Positions 9,341 to 19,234 of a stretch of DNA of 64,000 bases are shown here, one piece after another. Position numbers and translations under genes: made by a program. Source of the stretch: Longimicrobiales bacterium. GTDB taxonomy: Bacteria; Gemmatimonadota; Gemmatimonadetes; Longimicrobiales; Gaopeijiaceae. Positions within the stretch are counted from its first letter, which is position 1, and each line of letters begins with the position of its first letter. The stretch covers positions 576,001-640,000 of the forward strand of contig CBDCNQ010000005.1 of assembly GCA_965219445.1 (NCBI GenBank), written 5' to 3'. A model generated the notes under the pieces. It made no database searches. It saw nothing but the letters and a program-made list of their open reading frames with translations, and was not told the origin of the DNA.

Positions 9341-10183
9341 TCACGATCCGCCCGCCTTCGAGGGGCGTTCCGGCCACCACATGCAGAACATGAAGGCGAC
9401 CATAAAGAGACGTTGCAGCACCCACGTCATGAAGGCGATGAAGGCGAGCCAGAACAGGACCGACAGCGCGACTCCCGAAACGCCTCCCGCGAGCGCAGCC
9501 ACCAGATCGTCTTCCGCGAGCGTGGGCAGCCTCAGGACGAACTCGGCCAGCCCCCACGAAACGAGGGCGATGAAAGCGAGGATGAGAGCGAGCGTGAACG
9601 GCACCGCTAGAACGGCCGCGAGTGTGGGCAGCCTTAGGACGATCACGCCTCCTCCCCCGTGTCCGGAGCCGTTGCGGATTGCGCGGCCGTTCCCGTCGTC
9701 GCCGCGGTCTGCGTGGCCGTTCCCAGTGCCGCTGCGGGTCGCATCGCCGTCCCCGGAGCCGTCGTGGACCGCGTGGCCGTCCCCGGAGCCGTCGCGGATC
9801 GCGTGGCCATGGCCGGAGCCGCCGCGGAACGCGTGGCCGTGGCCGGAGCCTTCGCGGATCGCATCGCCGTCCCCGAAGCCTTCGCGGATTGCGCGGCCGT
9901 TCCCGGAGCCTTCGCGGATCGCATCGCCGTCCCCGAGGCCGTTGCGGATCGCGCGGCCGTGGCCGGAGCCGCTGCGGATTGCGTGGCCGTGTCCGGGGCC
10001 GGTCATCATCAGCGCACCATCCGCATCGCCGTACATATCGACGGTCAGGCGGTCGCCCTCGGGCACCGTCACGTGCAGGACCGTGCCGGTCGCCTCGACC
10101 GTTGCCCGCACCGTGGACGCCGGAAGCCCGAGCGTCTCTCGCAAGCTCGCCGCCGAGTGACTGACCGATCCGTCGCCGCTCAC
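9341..10183 (-). CDS. Gly-rich decapeptide-repeat membrane protein
   Basis: About 12 RxGxGxGxAI repeats followed by hydrophobic helices. Confidence 0.65.
   Translation of the reverse strand: MSGDGSVSHSAASLRETLGLPASTVRATVEATGTVLHVTVPEGDRLTVDMYGDADGALMMTGPGHGHAIRSGSGHGRAIRNGLGDGDAIREGSGNGRAIREGFGDGDAIREGSGHGHAFRGGSGHGHAIRDGSGDGHAVHDGSGDGDATRSGTGNGHADRGDDGNGRAIRNGSGHGGGGVIVLRLPTLAAVLAVPFTLALILAFIALVSWGLAEFVLRLPTLAEDDLVAALAGGVSGVALSVLFWLAFIAFMTWVLQRLFMVAFMFCMWWPERPSKAGGS
9655..10010. repeat. 30-bp coding tandem repeat (about 12 degenerate units)
   Basis: e.g. ccggagccttcgcggatcgcatcgccgtcc units. Confidence 0.9.
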
Positions 10184-10189
10184 GATCCG

Positions 10190-10295
10190 CCCGCCTTGAA
10201 CTCAGGCGCGTACCTCCGTCCGCTCCCCGACATCCTGACACCTCCCATTGAAATCCAACGCTTCAAAGTGTACAACAAATCGGGGGCCGTGCCCG
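10190..10295 (-). mobile_element. IS3-family left-end/orfA remnant
   Basis: MSGSGRRYAPEFKA after an IRL-like GCCCCCGATTTGTTGTACAC. Confidence 0.5.
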
Positions 10296-10433
10296 ATCGT
10301 CGCACCGTCACCGTCGCCGGTCGAGCTCGCCGGCCGACGGGCCGCAGCGACTGTCGCTGGCGCTGTCGGCACCGCTGCGGCAGGCCATGGCGCACACGCG
10401 GACGTGGACCGCTTCGGCGGACCGCGGCCTCCT

Positions 10434-10528
10434 GGGGGATCGAAGGGGGGCAAAGCGCCCCCCTCGCCAGATCGCAATGTTTGACATTGCGTGGGCTGGC
10501 TTACGCACCTTAAGGGGCGTGAGCCAGC
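10434..10528 (-). promoter_or_regulatory. oriT-like site, copy 3 (inverted, different central hairpin)
   Basis: GGGGATCGAAGGGGGG..CCCCCCTCGCCAG, CGCAATGT-TTG-ACATTGCG, GGCTGGCT..TTAAG..GAGCCAGC. Confidence 0.45.
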
Positions 10529-10568
10529 GCTTCCACCCACGGCCAGCGACGCGGTCGTGGCGGGCAGG

Positions 10569-10901
10569 CTACGGCTTGCCAACGGCCTCCAAGGGCTCCC
10601 CCGTGACGGACGAGCTGTGGCCTCGGTCCACCTGCCTGCGGAGGTGTCTCGACGGTTGGAAGACGGGCACCGCGCGGGGCGGGACCTCCACAGGTTTGCC
10701 GGTCCTGGGGTTGCGGGCCTTGCGGCCCTTGCGGTGCCGCACCTTGAAGGTGCCGAAGCCCCGGAGCTCGATGCCCTCCCCGTGCGCAAGCGCGTCCTTC
10801 ACAGCGTCGAGGAAGGCGTCGACCACCAGCCCGCAGTCCCTCTTGGTGACTCGCGGTCCAACCGCATCGGCGACCTGCTCGACCAGGTCTGCCTTGGTCA
10901 T
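10569..10901 (-). CDS. hup: HU/IHF-family DNA-binding protein
   Basis: MTKADLVEQVA...IELRGFGTFKVRHRKGRKARNPRTG. Confidence 0.92.
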   Translation of the reverse strand: MTKADLVEQVADAVGPRVTKRDCGLVVDAFLDAVKDALAHGEGIELRGFGTFKVRHRKGRKARNPRTGKPVEVPPRAVPVFQPSRHLRRQVDRGHSSSVTGEPLEAVGKP

Positions 10902-11272
10902 AATCCCCTTCTCCTCGCCCGAAGTGTGGCCAGGGTCCCGTCGCTCATCATGATAACTTGCAGGGACGCGCGATGTGGTCGCGGCTTTCGGGTTGCCGGT
11001 TGCTTCACTGGACAGCCGCCCTGCGGGCCGGCCATTTTGAGAGGCGTGTCTCATCCCCGAGATGCGGCCGCTGTCGAACTTGAGTTGCCGGGAGTCGCTA
11101 TGGGACGAGGCCGGGTCCCACGGGACGGCCGAACGACCGAACGGCGAACGGTACTGCTCCATGGGATTCTGCTATCCGCCGTGCAAAGGGTGATCGCAGG
11201 GGTGATCGATGGGGAGAAAGCGACATCATAACTAATTATGGAATATAGAGTTATGACATATAGTTTATCGGA

Positions 11273-12042
11273 CTGGTACTCGTCGCAGATGAACACGGCG
11301 GGCCGGAGGTAGCGGCCGGGCCGGCGTGCGAGCTCGGCGGGCCGCCGGAGCAGCGCCTGCATCCAGGCGTTCTTGAGCAGCACGCCGATGGCGCGGGCGA
11401 GCGCGGGGTTCGCGCCCGCGGGCATGTTGAGCGCGAGGACCTTGCCGCCCTCGATCAGCTCGCTGAGCGGCGGCAGCCGGCGCCGGAGGCCCGGCACGGG
11501 CCGGACGGCCGCCGCATCCTCGTCCGGTGTGTCCTTATATATATGTGTGGGCGCATCCGGCTCGGGAGGCGGCGGGCAGAACACGCCGGCGACCTGCGGC
11601 TGGTCGAAGAGCGAGAGGAACACGCTGATGCCCTCGACGATCGACGTGCGGAGCTTGGCGTCGAGCGCCGTCCAGTCATGCAGATACCACCGCTCGATGG
11701 CCTCGACCTGCTCACGGAACTCGCTCCCCGCTCCGCCCCCGCTCTCCTCCGTCTCGTATGCGACCTTGAGTTCCTTGAGCCGGTCCCGGAGTGCGGGGTC
11801 GAGCTGGCAAGCCGCCTTGTCCGAGCCGGGCACCGGCTCCCAGCCCCAGTCCCCGAGGGGTTCCTTGTGAGCGGCGAGATCCTTGGTCGCGACGGTGGCC
11901 CGCACCGGGCAGAGCCGGTCGGCCAGCTCGCGAGCCTCGCCGATCTTGCGGCCGAACAGTTCCGCATCCACCGTGCAGCGGTAGATGTCTTGGAGCGTGA
12001 CCCAGCCCCCCGGCAAGAGCCGGTACAGTTCGATGATCCAGC
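11273..12042 (-). pseudogene. virD4: virD4 of ICE-A, middle part
   Basis: WIIELYRLLPGGWVTL...FICDEYQ; cut by the ICE-B end at 12041 and by the satellite at 11273. Confidence 0.9.
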
Positions 12043-12127
12043 ATCCGCTTTCGGATTCGGATCTGTTGTGATCATTGAACTTACGAGATTTACCGGTCGG
12101 ATTCCCGCTGTTTGATTCCCGCCAATT
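12041..12127. mobile_element. Integrase-proximal end of ICE-B
   Basis: GCATC...GGATCTGTTG...GAACTTACG plus GATTCCCGC x2; aligns with 49632-49718 (inverted) and 1883-1970. Confidence 0.75.
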
Positions 12128-12131
12128 GGGC

Positions 12132-13295
12132 TCAGGTCCGAACTCTCCGGCGGTTTGCGAGCGCCGCCCTGAGTTGTCCCTCGTCCGCCCGCTGATAACA
12201 CTGGAGGACGGTCTTGGCCGTCTTCCATCCGCCGAGTTCGCAGAGGACCTTGAGGGGCTGGTCCATGAGATCGGACGCGAACTTGCGCCTCAGCGAGTGC
12301 CAGCCCCGTCCGCGTTTCGGCTCCAGACCTGCGAGCCCTTCGGCCCTCTTCCACCAACCGCGGGAGATCCAGGAGCCGACACTCACCGAGGGGTCCCTCG
12401 ACGAGGGCAACACCGGAGCGCTGCCGGTCACGGGGTTCCGCCCCCGCGCCGACTCCAAGGCTGCGATTGCTTCAGCGGTCACCGGCGTTCGGTGCTCGTA
12501 GCCGGTCTTCTCGTGCTCGCTGCGCCACCGGATGGTTTCGCGTGCCAAGTCGATGTCGGACCACCGGAGCTTGCGGATGGCTCCGATGCGGTGTCCGGTC
12601 TCGTGCGCGAGCACGAGCGCGAGATGGAACCGCCAATCCACCTCTTGGGACACCTTCAGAAGCGCTTGGTACTCGTGTTCGGAAAGAACGACCCGGGTGG
12701 GGTTCTTCTCCATGGGCATCTTCAGGCCCCTGAGCGGGTTCGACTCGAGGAGCAGGCGGCCCCGCTCGTCCCTCGACCTCGAGGCCCAGTTGAGGACCGA
12801 GATCAGGTACCTCAGGTCGTATTCGATCATCCGATCCGACACGGGCCTCCCGCTGGGGCCTACGCTTCCCGCCCTGCGCGCCCGGATGAATCGGTCCCAG
12901 TCGCGCTGCGACAAGGTCGCCGGGTCGCGGCTCCTTCCCAGGAACCCGAGGAACATCTTCGCCGCGGTCCGGTCGTGCTGCCGCGAACTCAGGCCCTTGG
13001 TGGGCGTCACCTCTTCACCGTAGATGTCAAAAAGCGTTCCCAGGGTGAGCGGCTCGGGCTCGGCGTTCTTCTTGCCGTTCAGCTCCGGTCCGGCGAACCC
13101 GGCGGCGAACTCGTCCGCCTGCCTCCTCGCCTGCCTCCAGTCGCGGTGCTTCAGCGACCTGGTGAGCCTGCGCCCGTTGTCGCGCCACTCGATCTGGTAC
13201 AAGCCGGTCTTGGGATCGGGGAACACCCTCACCCGGTTCCGGCCCCATTCGCCGGCGCTGTAGCCGCGCCGGACTCGTTTCGTGCGTGCCATCAT
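12132..13295 (-). CDS. Tyrosine integrase of ICE-B
   Basis: Paralogue of 1974-3137; start MMARTK at 13295. Confidence 0.9.
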   Translation of the reverse strand: MMARTKRVRRGYSAGEWGRNRVRVFPDPKTGLYQIEWRDNGRRLTRSLKHRDWRQARRQADEFAAGFAGPELNGKKNAEPEPLTLGTLFDIYGEEVTPTKGLSSRQHDRTAAKMFLGFLGRSRDPATLSQRDWDRFIRARRAGSVGPSGRPVSDRMIEYDLRYLISVLNWASRSRDERGRLLLESNPLRGLKMPMEKNPTRVVLSEHEYQALLKVSQEVDWRFHLALVLAHETGHRIGAIRKLRWSDIDLARETIRWRSEHEKTGYEHRTPVTAEAIAALESARGRNPVTGSAPVLPSSRDPSVSVGSWISRGWWKRAEGLAGLEPKRGRGWHSLRRKFASDLMDQPLKVLCELGGWKTAKTVLQCYQRADEGQLRAALANRRRVRT

Positions 13296-13681
13296 TCGAT
13301 TCCTTTTTCGATGATGGACTGCACGATCTGCGCGTTTGAAACGTCGCGTCGGCGGGGCTTCTCCGCCAGTCGCGGCTCCGTTGGCGCGTGAGCCTTCCGT
13401 GGCAGGTGCCCGCGGGCGATCCTCGGTGCGCCGGGGCGTCCGGCGTTGGGGATCCGGCCGTCGCGGACCAGGCGGCCGAGATGGTCGGCGGAGTAGCCGC
13501 TCTCCGTGGCCGCCTCGACGAGCGAGAAGGTGGTCTCGTCCCTTTCGACGAGCGTGGCTTCGAGTTCGGCGGCGCAGCTTTCGAGCGCGGTGGCCGGAGT
13601 CTCGCCCCCGTAGCGCCGGAGCGCCTTGGCGTGCCTGCGCCAGTTGGCGGGCAGTGTCTCGACGGACGTTCGCTCTCTCAT
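13292..13681 (-). CDS. Excisionase-like HTH protein
   Basis: Paralogue of 3134-3580. Confidence 0.7.
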   Translation of the reverse strand: MRERTSVETLPANWRRHAKALRRYGGETPATALESCAAELEATLVERDETTFSLVEAATESGYSADHLGRLVRDGRIPNAGRPGAPRIARGHLPRKAHAPTEPRLAEKPRRRDVSNAQIVQSIIEKGIE

Positions 13682-13687
13682 GCGCGT

Positions 13688-14002
13688 TCAGTCCCAGTCG
13701 CCTTCGGCGTTCCTGCGGAGCGCTTCGGTGAGGCCCGTATCCCCCTCGCCGCGCCGGACGGACCGTTCGGCGAGATCGACGCGCCGCCCGAGGTCGGCGA
13801 GCCCGGTGGCGCGGGCGACGGCGTAGATGGCGGCCGCGACGGTTGCGAGCGCGAACGCGAGGTGAAGGGAGAGCAGGACGCCGTAATCGGCGAGGATGGC
13901 CGGCCAGAACGGCGACAGGTATTCGAGGCGCGGCCCGGCGAGGATCATGGCCGAACCGGCGATTGCGGCGGTAAGTCCCGCGCTGATCTTCCAGGGTTGC
14001 AT
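13688..14002 (-). CDS. Small membrane protein
   Basis: Paralogue of 3577-3891. Confidence 0.75.
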   Translation of the reverse strand: MQPWKISAGLTAAIAGSAMILAGPRLEYLSPFWPAILADYGVLLSLHLAFALATVAAAIYAVARATGLADLGRRVDLAERSVRRGEGDTGLTEALRRNAEGDWD

Positions 14003-14023
14003 GGGCTGAAGTCCTCCGGGTCG

Positions 14024-14923
14024 TCAGAGTTCGACGGCGGCCGGGTTGCGGTCGGCTGGTCCGCGCAGCCAGGAGCCGCCGTCGCCGCCCAGGCCGAGCT
14101 TGCCGAGGAGTTTCCCGGCGGCCGGCCCGTTGGCGTGGAGCGCGAACCCGGCGGCGGCCTTGGCCCGGACGGCCCCTTCGCGGTAGTTGCCGGAGACGGC
14201 CTCGATGTTGACGCGTCCGGTCCGGCCTTCGGCGTCCGTGTACTCGATCTGCGCGTCCGGGTGGAGCACGCGGCCCTCGTCGTCGAGGGGGAGGCCGAGC
14301 TCTTGGGCGATCCTGTGCCGTTCGGCATCGGCGGCCCGCTTGCCGTCCTTGAGCCGGGCGGCCTCGCTCGCTCGCGCGACGGCGCTCTTGAGTTCGGCGT
14401 CGAGCCGGACGCGCTTGACGGTGGCTCCCTGTTCCACGAGGCGCTGCCGTTCCTTCCAGCAGGCGCGGTAGACGGCGGTGTCGTGCGCGGCGTCGGCGGG
14501 CCTGGTGCGTGCGATCCGGATCTGCTGTGCGGGATCCATCTCGCGTTCGGCAGCGAGTTTCCGGGCCTTGGCCACGCCCTTGCGGGTGAGGGAGAGGACC
14601 TTGAAGGGATTGCCCTTGGGTCCGGTGGCCCGGGTCTCGGTGACGAGACCGTCGCGGATCCAGGCGTTCACGGCCCGCTTGGTGGTGTGGGGATGGCCGC
14701 CGAAGCGGGCCTCGGCGAGGTCGCGGTAGGAGACGGCGCCGTAGACGCCGATATCGGCAAGTCCGCGGGCGCACCGTTCGGGGAAGGAGATGGACCCGCC
14801 GTCCCGGCTCGCGGCGTATTCTCGACGATGGCCGTTCCGCATGCGTTGCTTCTCGCGGCTGGGTGGCGCGGCGGAACGGGGGTCCTCCTCGACCGTGCGG
14901 TCGAACATCTCCCTGCCTCTCAT
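14024..14923 (-). CDS. Putative Replic_Relax/MOBC-like relaxase
   Basis: Paralogue of 3910-4812. Confidence 0.6.
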   Translation of the reverse strand: MRGREMFDRTVEEDPRSAAPPSREKQRMRNGHRREYAASRDGGSISFPERCARGLADIGVYGAVSYRDLAEARFGGHPHTTKRAVNAWIRDGLVTETRATGPKGNPFKVLSLTRKGVAKARKLAAEREMDPAQQIRIARTRPADAAHDTAVYRACWKERQRLVEQGATVKRVRLDAELKSAVARASEAARLKDGKRAADAERHRIAQELGLPLDDEGRVLHPDAQIEYTDAEGRTGRVNIEAVSGNYREGAVRAKAAAGFALHANGPAAGKLLGKLGLGGDGGSWLRGPADRNPAAVEL

Positions 14924-14930
14924 CGGTTGC

Positions 14931-15959
14931 TCAGCGGCTCGGCCCGGAGCTGCGCTCGGGCACGGGGAGCGGGGGCACGGGTACTTGGGTCCGCTGGGGT
15001 CCAGGCGCGCGGGACGCGGCCACTGCCACGGGCTCGCGCACGGCCTCGCGCTCGATGTGCCGAACGAGCACGAAGTCCGAGATCTTCTGCGCGTCGGCGG
15101 CGGCGCGCCGGATCTCACGCGGGTCTTCCTCGAGCGCGGCGATCCAGCCCTCGACGTACGCGGCGCCCCGGCTCGGATCGTGGCCGACGCCGACGCGCTC
15201 TCCGGTCATCATCGCGCTGATCTCCGCCCGGAGCTCCTCCTTCGCGTAGTCGGGCGATCCGAACCCGGTCTTGATCCCTTCGACGAGCGTCTCGCGGTTC
15301 ATCCGCTCAGGGTGGCCGGTGCTGTGGCCCAGCTCGTGGAGCGCGGTCTGGTAGTAGTGGTTGGCGGAGGGGAACTGTCCGCGATCGGGCAGCACGACCT
15401 CGTCGCGGTTCAGGTGGTAGAAGGCGCGGTCGCCCGCGACGTGGCGTATCGGCACCCCGCCGTCCTCGAGCACCCGTTCGGCCTCCTGGTGGGTCTTCCA
15501 GAGCGGCTCGGGCGTCGGGGTGGACCGTGCGGGCAGCCCGTCGGCCTGCTCGGCGTTGAACACGGTGTACTGGCGGACGAAGGGCGCCTTGAGCCGCTCG
15601 TAGCGGTAGACGCGCTTGCCCTCGCCGTCCCTCCTGGGCCGTCCGCGCTCGTCGGTGACTTGGGTCCGCTTCTTGTCCTGGAAGGAGAGGATGCGGGTGC
15701 CGGTCTCGCCCTTCCTGACCTGTCCGCCCCGGGCCTGGATCTGGCGGTAGGTGCCCCAGCGCACGTCGCCGTAGCCGCGCTCCTGCTGGACGGCGGCGAG
15801 GTGCAGGCTGTTGCCGCCGCGATAGGAGCGGTCGGTGTCCACGTTCGCGGGGAGCACGCGCTCGCCCGGCGCCCACGGCTTCTGCCACGGCGCGGTGCCC
15901 TGCTTGATCTGCTCGATGACCCGGTCGGCGAACTTGCGGTGATACTCGTCGTGCTTCAT
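14931..15959 (-). CDS. ardC: ArdC-like protein
   Basis: PWQKPW, HELGH; paralogue of 4819-5847. Confidence 0.85.
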   Translation of the reverse strand: MKHDEYHRKFADRVIEQIKQGTAPWQKPWAPGERVLPANVDTDRSYRGGNSLHLAAVQQERGYGDVRWGTYRQIQARGGQVRKGETGTRILSFQDKKRTQVTDERGRPRRDGEGKRVYRYERLKAPFVRQYTVFNAEQADGLPARSTPTPEPLWKTHQEAERVLEDGGVPIRHVAGDRAFYHLNRDEVVLPDRGQFPSANHYYQTALHELGHSTGHPERMNRETLVEGIKTGFGSPDYAKEELRAEISAMMTGERVGVGHDPSRGAAYVEGWIAALEEDPREIRRAAADAQKISDFVLVRHIEREAVREPVAVAASRAPGPQRTQVPVPPLPVPERSSGPSR

Positions 15960-16153
15960 CGGTCGTCCTCCTCCCAGTACGGATCGGCGCCGGCGTCCAG
16001 GATGTCTTCCTCGCTCCCGACCTCCTCGGGGAAAAGGCCGTACTGCTCGGCCAGGTAGGCCGGGACCTCGAGCGTCTCGCCTCCGTCGCGCGCGAGTTCC
16101 CGGTCGAAGTCTTCGAACGTCTCGACGCGGATGGTCGTCTCACCGTTCGTCAT
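15956..16153 (-). CDS. Small acidic protein
   Basis: Paralogue of 5844-6044, with an AAGGAGG RBS. Confidence 0.7.
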   Translation of the reverse strand: MTNGETTIRVETFEDFDRELARDGGETLEVPAYLAEQYGLFPEEVGSEEDILDAGADPYWEEDDR

Positions 16154-17158
16154 GGGTTCACCTCCTTGGGTTGGTGGGTGCTGCTTTGGGGGGGTTCCTC
16201 GACCCCGCTCGATATCGGTTCGGTGACCCAGTGGCCGGTGGCCGCGTCGTAGCCCTGGACCTGGATGGCCTCCTCGACGAACCGTCCTGCCTCGTTGCCG
16301 GGTGATGTGGAGCACGAGCGCGATGCCGTCGACGACGCCCCGGCAGGTGACCTCCCAGGGGAGCGCCCCTTCGCCCTGCATGGCGCAGCTGGCCAGGCGC
16401 GAGAGAGCGGAGCGGGCGTTGTTCGCGTGCACGGTGGTGAGCGAGCCGCCGTGGCCGGTGTTGAGCGCCTGGAGGAGATCGGCGGCCTCGGCGCCCCTGA
16501 CCTCGCCGACGACGATGTGGTCGGGCCGGTGCCGGAGCGCGTGGCGCACCAGGTCACGGATCGATACCGGCGTCTCGGTGCCGACCGCACCGGCCTCGAA
16601 GCGGAGGCAGTTCGCGCGGTCGATCCTGAGCTCGAGCGTGTCCTCGATCGCGACGATCCGCTCGTCCTCGGGGAGCAGTTCGATCAGCGCGTTCAGCAGA
16701 GTGGTCTTCCCCGAGCCGGTCCCCCCGGAGACGAGGATGTTCCTGCGGGCGCGGAGCACCCTCTTGGCTTCGCGCAAGACCGCCTCCGGCAGCGAACCCA
16801 GGCGCACGAGATCTTCGGGCGAGAACGCCCGCCCCCCGAACCGACGTATGGTGATGGCCACCTCGGCAGCTGCGGGCGGGGTGCAGATGGCGACCCGCGA
16901 CCCGTCGCCGAGCCGGGCGTCGAGGATGGGCCGCGCGGCGGGATCGAGCCCGAGCGGCCGGGCGATGTGGATCGCGGCGCGGTGGAGCCAGGCGGCGGTG
17001 AGTCCGGGCGCGTCGTGGGGCTCGAGCTTCCCCGCCCGCTCGACCCAGACGTTGCCGGGTCCGTTGATCATGATCTCGGAGACCTCCGCGTCCTCGAGCA
17101 GGGTCTCCAGGCCCGGAAGGAACGGAGTGAGGTGGCCGACGCCGCTCGCGCGCTTCAT
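16150..17158 (-). CDS. virB11: VirB11 ATPase with a frameshift near 16285
   Basis: ATPase motifs intact; one extra base relative to copy A shifts the C-terminal tail. Confidence 0.8.
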
Positions 17159-19200
17159 ATCCGGCCCTCCTCGCGGAGCCGCCAGTAGCCGGTCTCCCTC
17201 GGCAGGTAGTGCGGCTTGAGGTAGACGCGCCGCGCGGGGAGCGACACGACCCCGTCATACGGCAGGCAGATCGCCTGGTAGTTCGCGAGCAGCGAGAACT
17301 CGCGCGGCGTGAACACCGGCTCGCGGGCCTGCCTGAACGACTTGCTCGCGCCGATCGTGCCGCGTCCGCCTCCGGCGCGCCCGGAGAGGAGCGAGAACTC
17401 GGGCCTGCCCGTGTTCTCGGTGAACGTGTAGGAGGGCTGCGTCTTCATGACGGTGCCGCACATCTCGGACGCGACCCGCGCCGACGCCTCGTCGGACAGC
17501 GAGAGGAAGATCCGGGTGCGGAGCGTCTGGACGAGCGTGCGCCAGGCCTCGCCCGAGGGCAGCACGGAGCGGAGCGAGGAGATCGACTGCGTGGCGACGA
17601 TCGGGATGCAGCGGCACTGGCGCGTGAGCGCGAACGCCTTCTCGTCGCCCGAAGGGTCGTCCTGCCCGACGGTGGCGAACGCCTGGTATTCGTCGCAGAT
17701 GAACACGGCGGGCCGGAGGTAGCGGTCGGGACGCCGGGCGGCCTCGGCGGGCCGTCGGAGCAGCGCCTGCATCCAGGCGTTCTTGAGGAGCACGCCGATC
17801 GCGCGGGCGAGCGCGGGGTTAGCGCCCGCGGGCATGTTGAGCGCGAGGACCCGTCCGTTTTCGATCAGATCGGCGAGCGGCGGCAGCCGGCGGCGGAGTC
17901 CGGGCAGGGCGTGGGCGGGCGCGTGACCGTCGGCTTTCTCCCCCGCGCCCGCGTCTCTCTCACTTCCGGTGCAAGGAGTGGTGGGCGGCGGAGGGCAGAA
18001 CACGCCGGCGACCTCGGGCTGGTCGAAGAGCGACAGGAAGACGCTGATGCCCTCGACGATCGAGGTGCGGAGCTTGGCGTCGAGCACCGTCCAGTCGTGC
18101 AGGTACCACCGCTCGATGGCCTCGACCTGCTGCCTGAACTCGCCGCCCGCGCCTCCCCCGGCCGCTTCCACCTCGCATGCGACTTCGTGCTTCGCGAGCT
18201 GCGCCCGAAGCTCCGCGTCCATCCGGCAGCGCACCTGTTCAGTGCCGGGCACCGGTGCCCAGTCCCACTTCTTGAGCGCCTCCGCATGGGCGATCATGTC
18301 GTCGCTGGAGATGACGGCGTCCACCGGAGAGATCCGGTCGGCCATCTCGCGGGCCTCGCCGATCTTCCCCGCGAACAACTCCGCGTCCACGGTGCAGCGG
18401 TAGATGTCCCGGAGCGTGACCCAGCCCCCCGGCAGGAGCCGGTGCAACTCGACAATCCAGCGCACGAGGTTCGTGTACGCCTGCTGCCAGAACGGTTCTC
18501 GGCTCTTGCCGAAGAGCTGGTTGATGAGGGACGCCACGCCGTAGGCCAGCGAGTAGGAGTCGAGCAGCGGATCGTCGAGCGGGTTCCACTGCCAGGAGCC
18601 GTCGAGCCCGATTTCGAGGTAGTCCTCGCCGCGCCCGGCGTCCTCGAGGATGCCGCGGACCTGGTGGCAGAAATCCCCCTTTACCTCGAGCACGAGCGCG
18701 CCCGCCCTGCGGCCAGGATCGTCGGCCCGCCAGGAGAGGAGCTGCTGCGCGAACGGATACATGCAGGCGGTGGTCTTGCCGGTGCCGACGGCACCCACGA
18801 TGAGGATGCCGGTGTAGAGCCCCTTCTCGGGGACGACGAGCCAGGAGGGCCGCTCGCTCTCGCGCGCCACGGTCGGATGATGCAGTTCGCCGATCACGAG
18901 CGAGGGCGCCTCGTCGGTGGCCGAGGTGGGCCAGGCGGGGAGCTTCCCGCGGGCGCCGCGCCGGGTACGCGGCTCGAGCCAGACCCTCGAGACCGAGAGG
19001 CAGACGCTGCCGGCGAGCAGCAAGGCGACGGCCGGCACCGCGTAGTACCAGACGCGGATCACCGTGTGCAGGCCCGGATCGTGGTAGGCGATGAGGTCCA
19101 GCGCGGGGTTCCCGCCGATGCCCGGGAACGGCGCAAGGAACGCGCGGACCGTGGCCGCCGTCAGGGCCACCCCGATGATGACCAGCGTCCAGGGCCTCAT
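17155..19200 (-). CDS. virD4: VirD4/TraG-like type IV coupling protein (intact)
   Basis: Two N-terminal TM segments, GAVGTGKT, EVKGD, FICDEYQ, ATQS. Confidence 0.85.
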   Translation of the reverse strand: MRPWTLVIIGVALTAATVRAFLAPFPGIGGNPALDLIAYHDPGLHTVIRVWYYAVPAVALLLAGSVCLSVSRVWLEPRTRRGARGKLPAWPTSATDEAPSLVIGELHHPTVARESERPSWLVVPEKGLYTGILIVGAVGTGKTTACMYPFAQQLLSWRADDPGRRAGALVLEVKGDFCHQVRGILEDAGRGEDYLEIGLDGSWQWNPLDDPLLDSYSLAYGVASLINQLFGKSREPFWQQAYTNLVRWIVELHRLLPGGWVTLRDIYRCTVDAELFAGKIGEAREMADRISPVDAVISSDDMIAHAEALKKWDWAPVPGTEQVRCRMDAELRAQLAKHEVACEVEAAGGGAGGEFRQQVEAIERWYLHDWTVLDAKLRTSIVEGISVFLSLFDQPEVAGVFCPPPPTTPCTGSERDAGAGEKADGHAPAHALPGLRRRLPPLADLIENGRVLALNMPAGANPALARAIGVLLKNAWMQALLRRPAEAARRPDRYLRPAVFICDEYQAFATVGQDDPSGDEKAFALTRQCRCIPIVATQSISSLRSVLPSGEAWRTLVQTLRTRIFLSLSDEASARVASEMCGTVMKTQPSYTFTENTGRPEFSLLSGRAGGGRGTIGASKSFRQAREPVFTPREFSLLANYQAICLPYDGVVSLPARRVYLKPHYLPRETGYWRLREEGRI

Positions 19201-19234
19201 CGGTCCGACACCCTTCCCGGAGGGACTGCTGGCT

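Larger units (their letters stand above)
7573..11281 (+). mobile_element. 3.7-kb integrative satellite inserted in the virD4 Walker B codons
   Basis: Direct repeat CTGGTACTC at 7573-7581 and 11273-11281; excision restores FICDEYQAFAT; (A/G)GGGTGA(T/C)C arm repeats at 7700, 7712, 7726, 11187, 11199. Confidence 0.9.
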
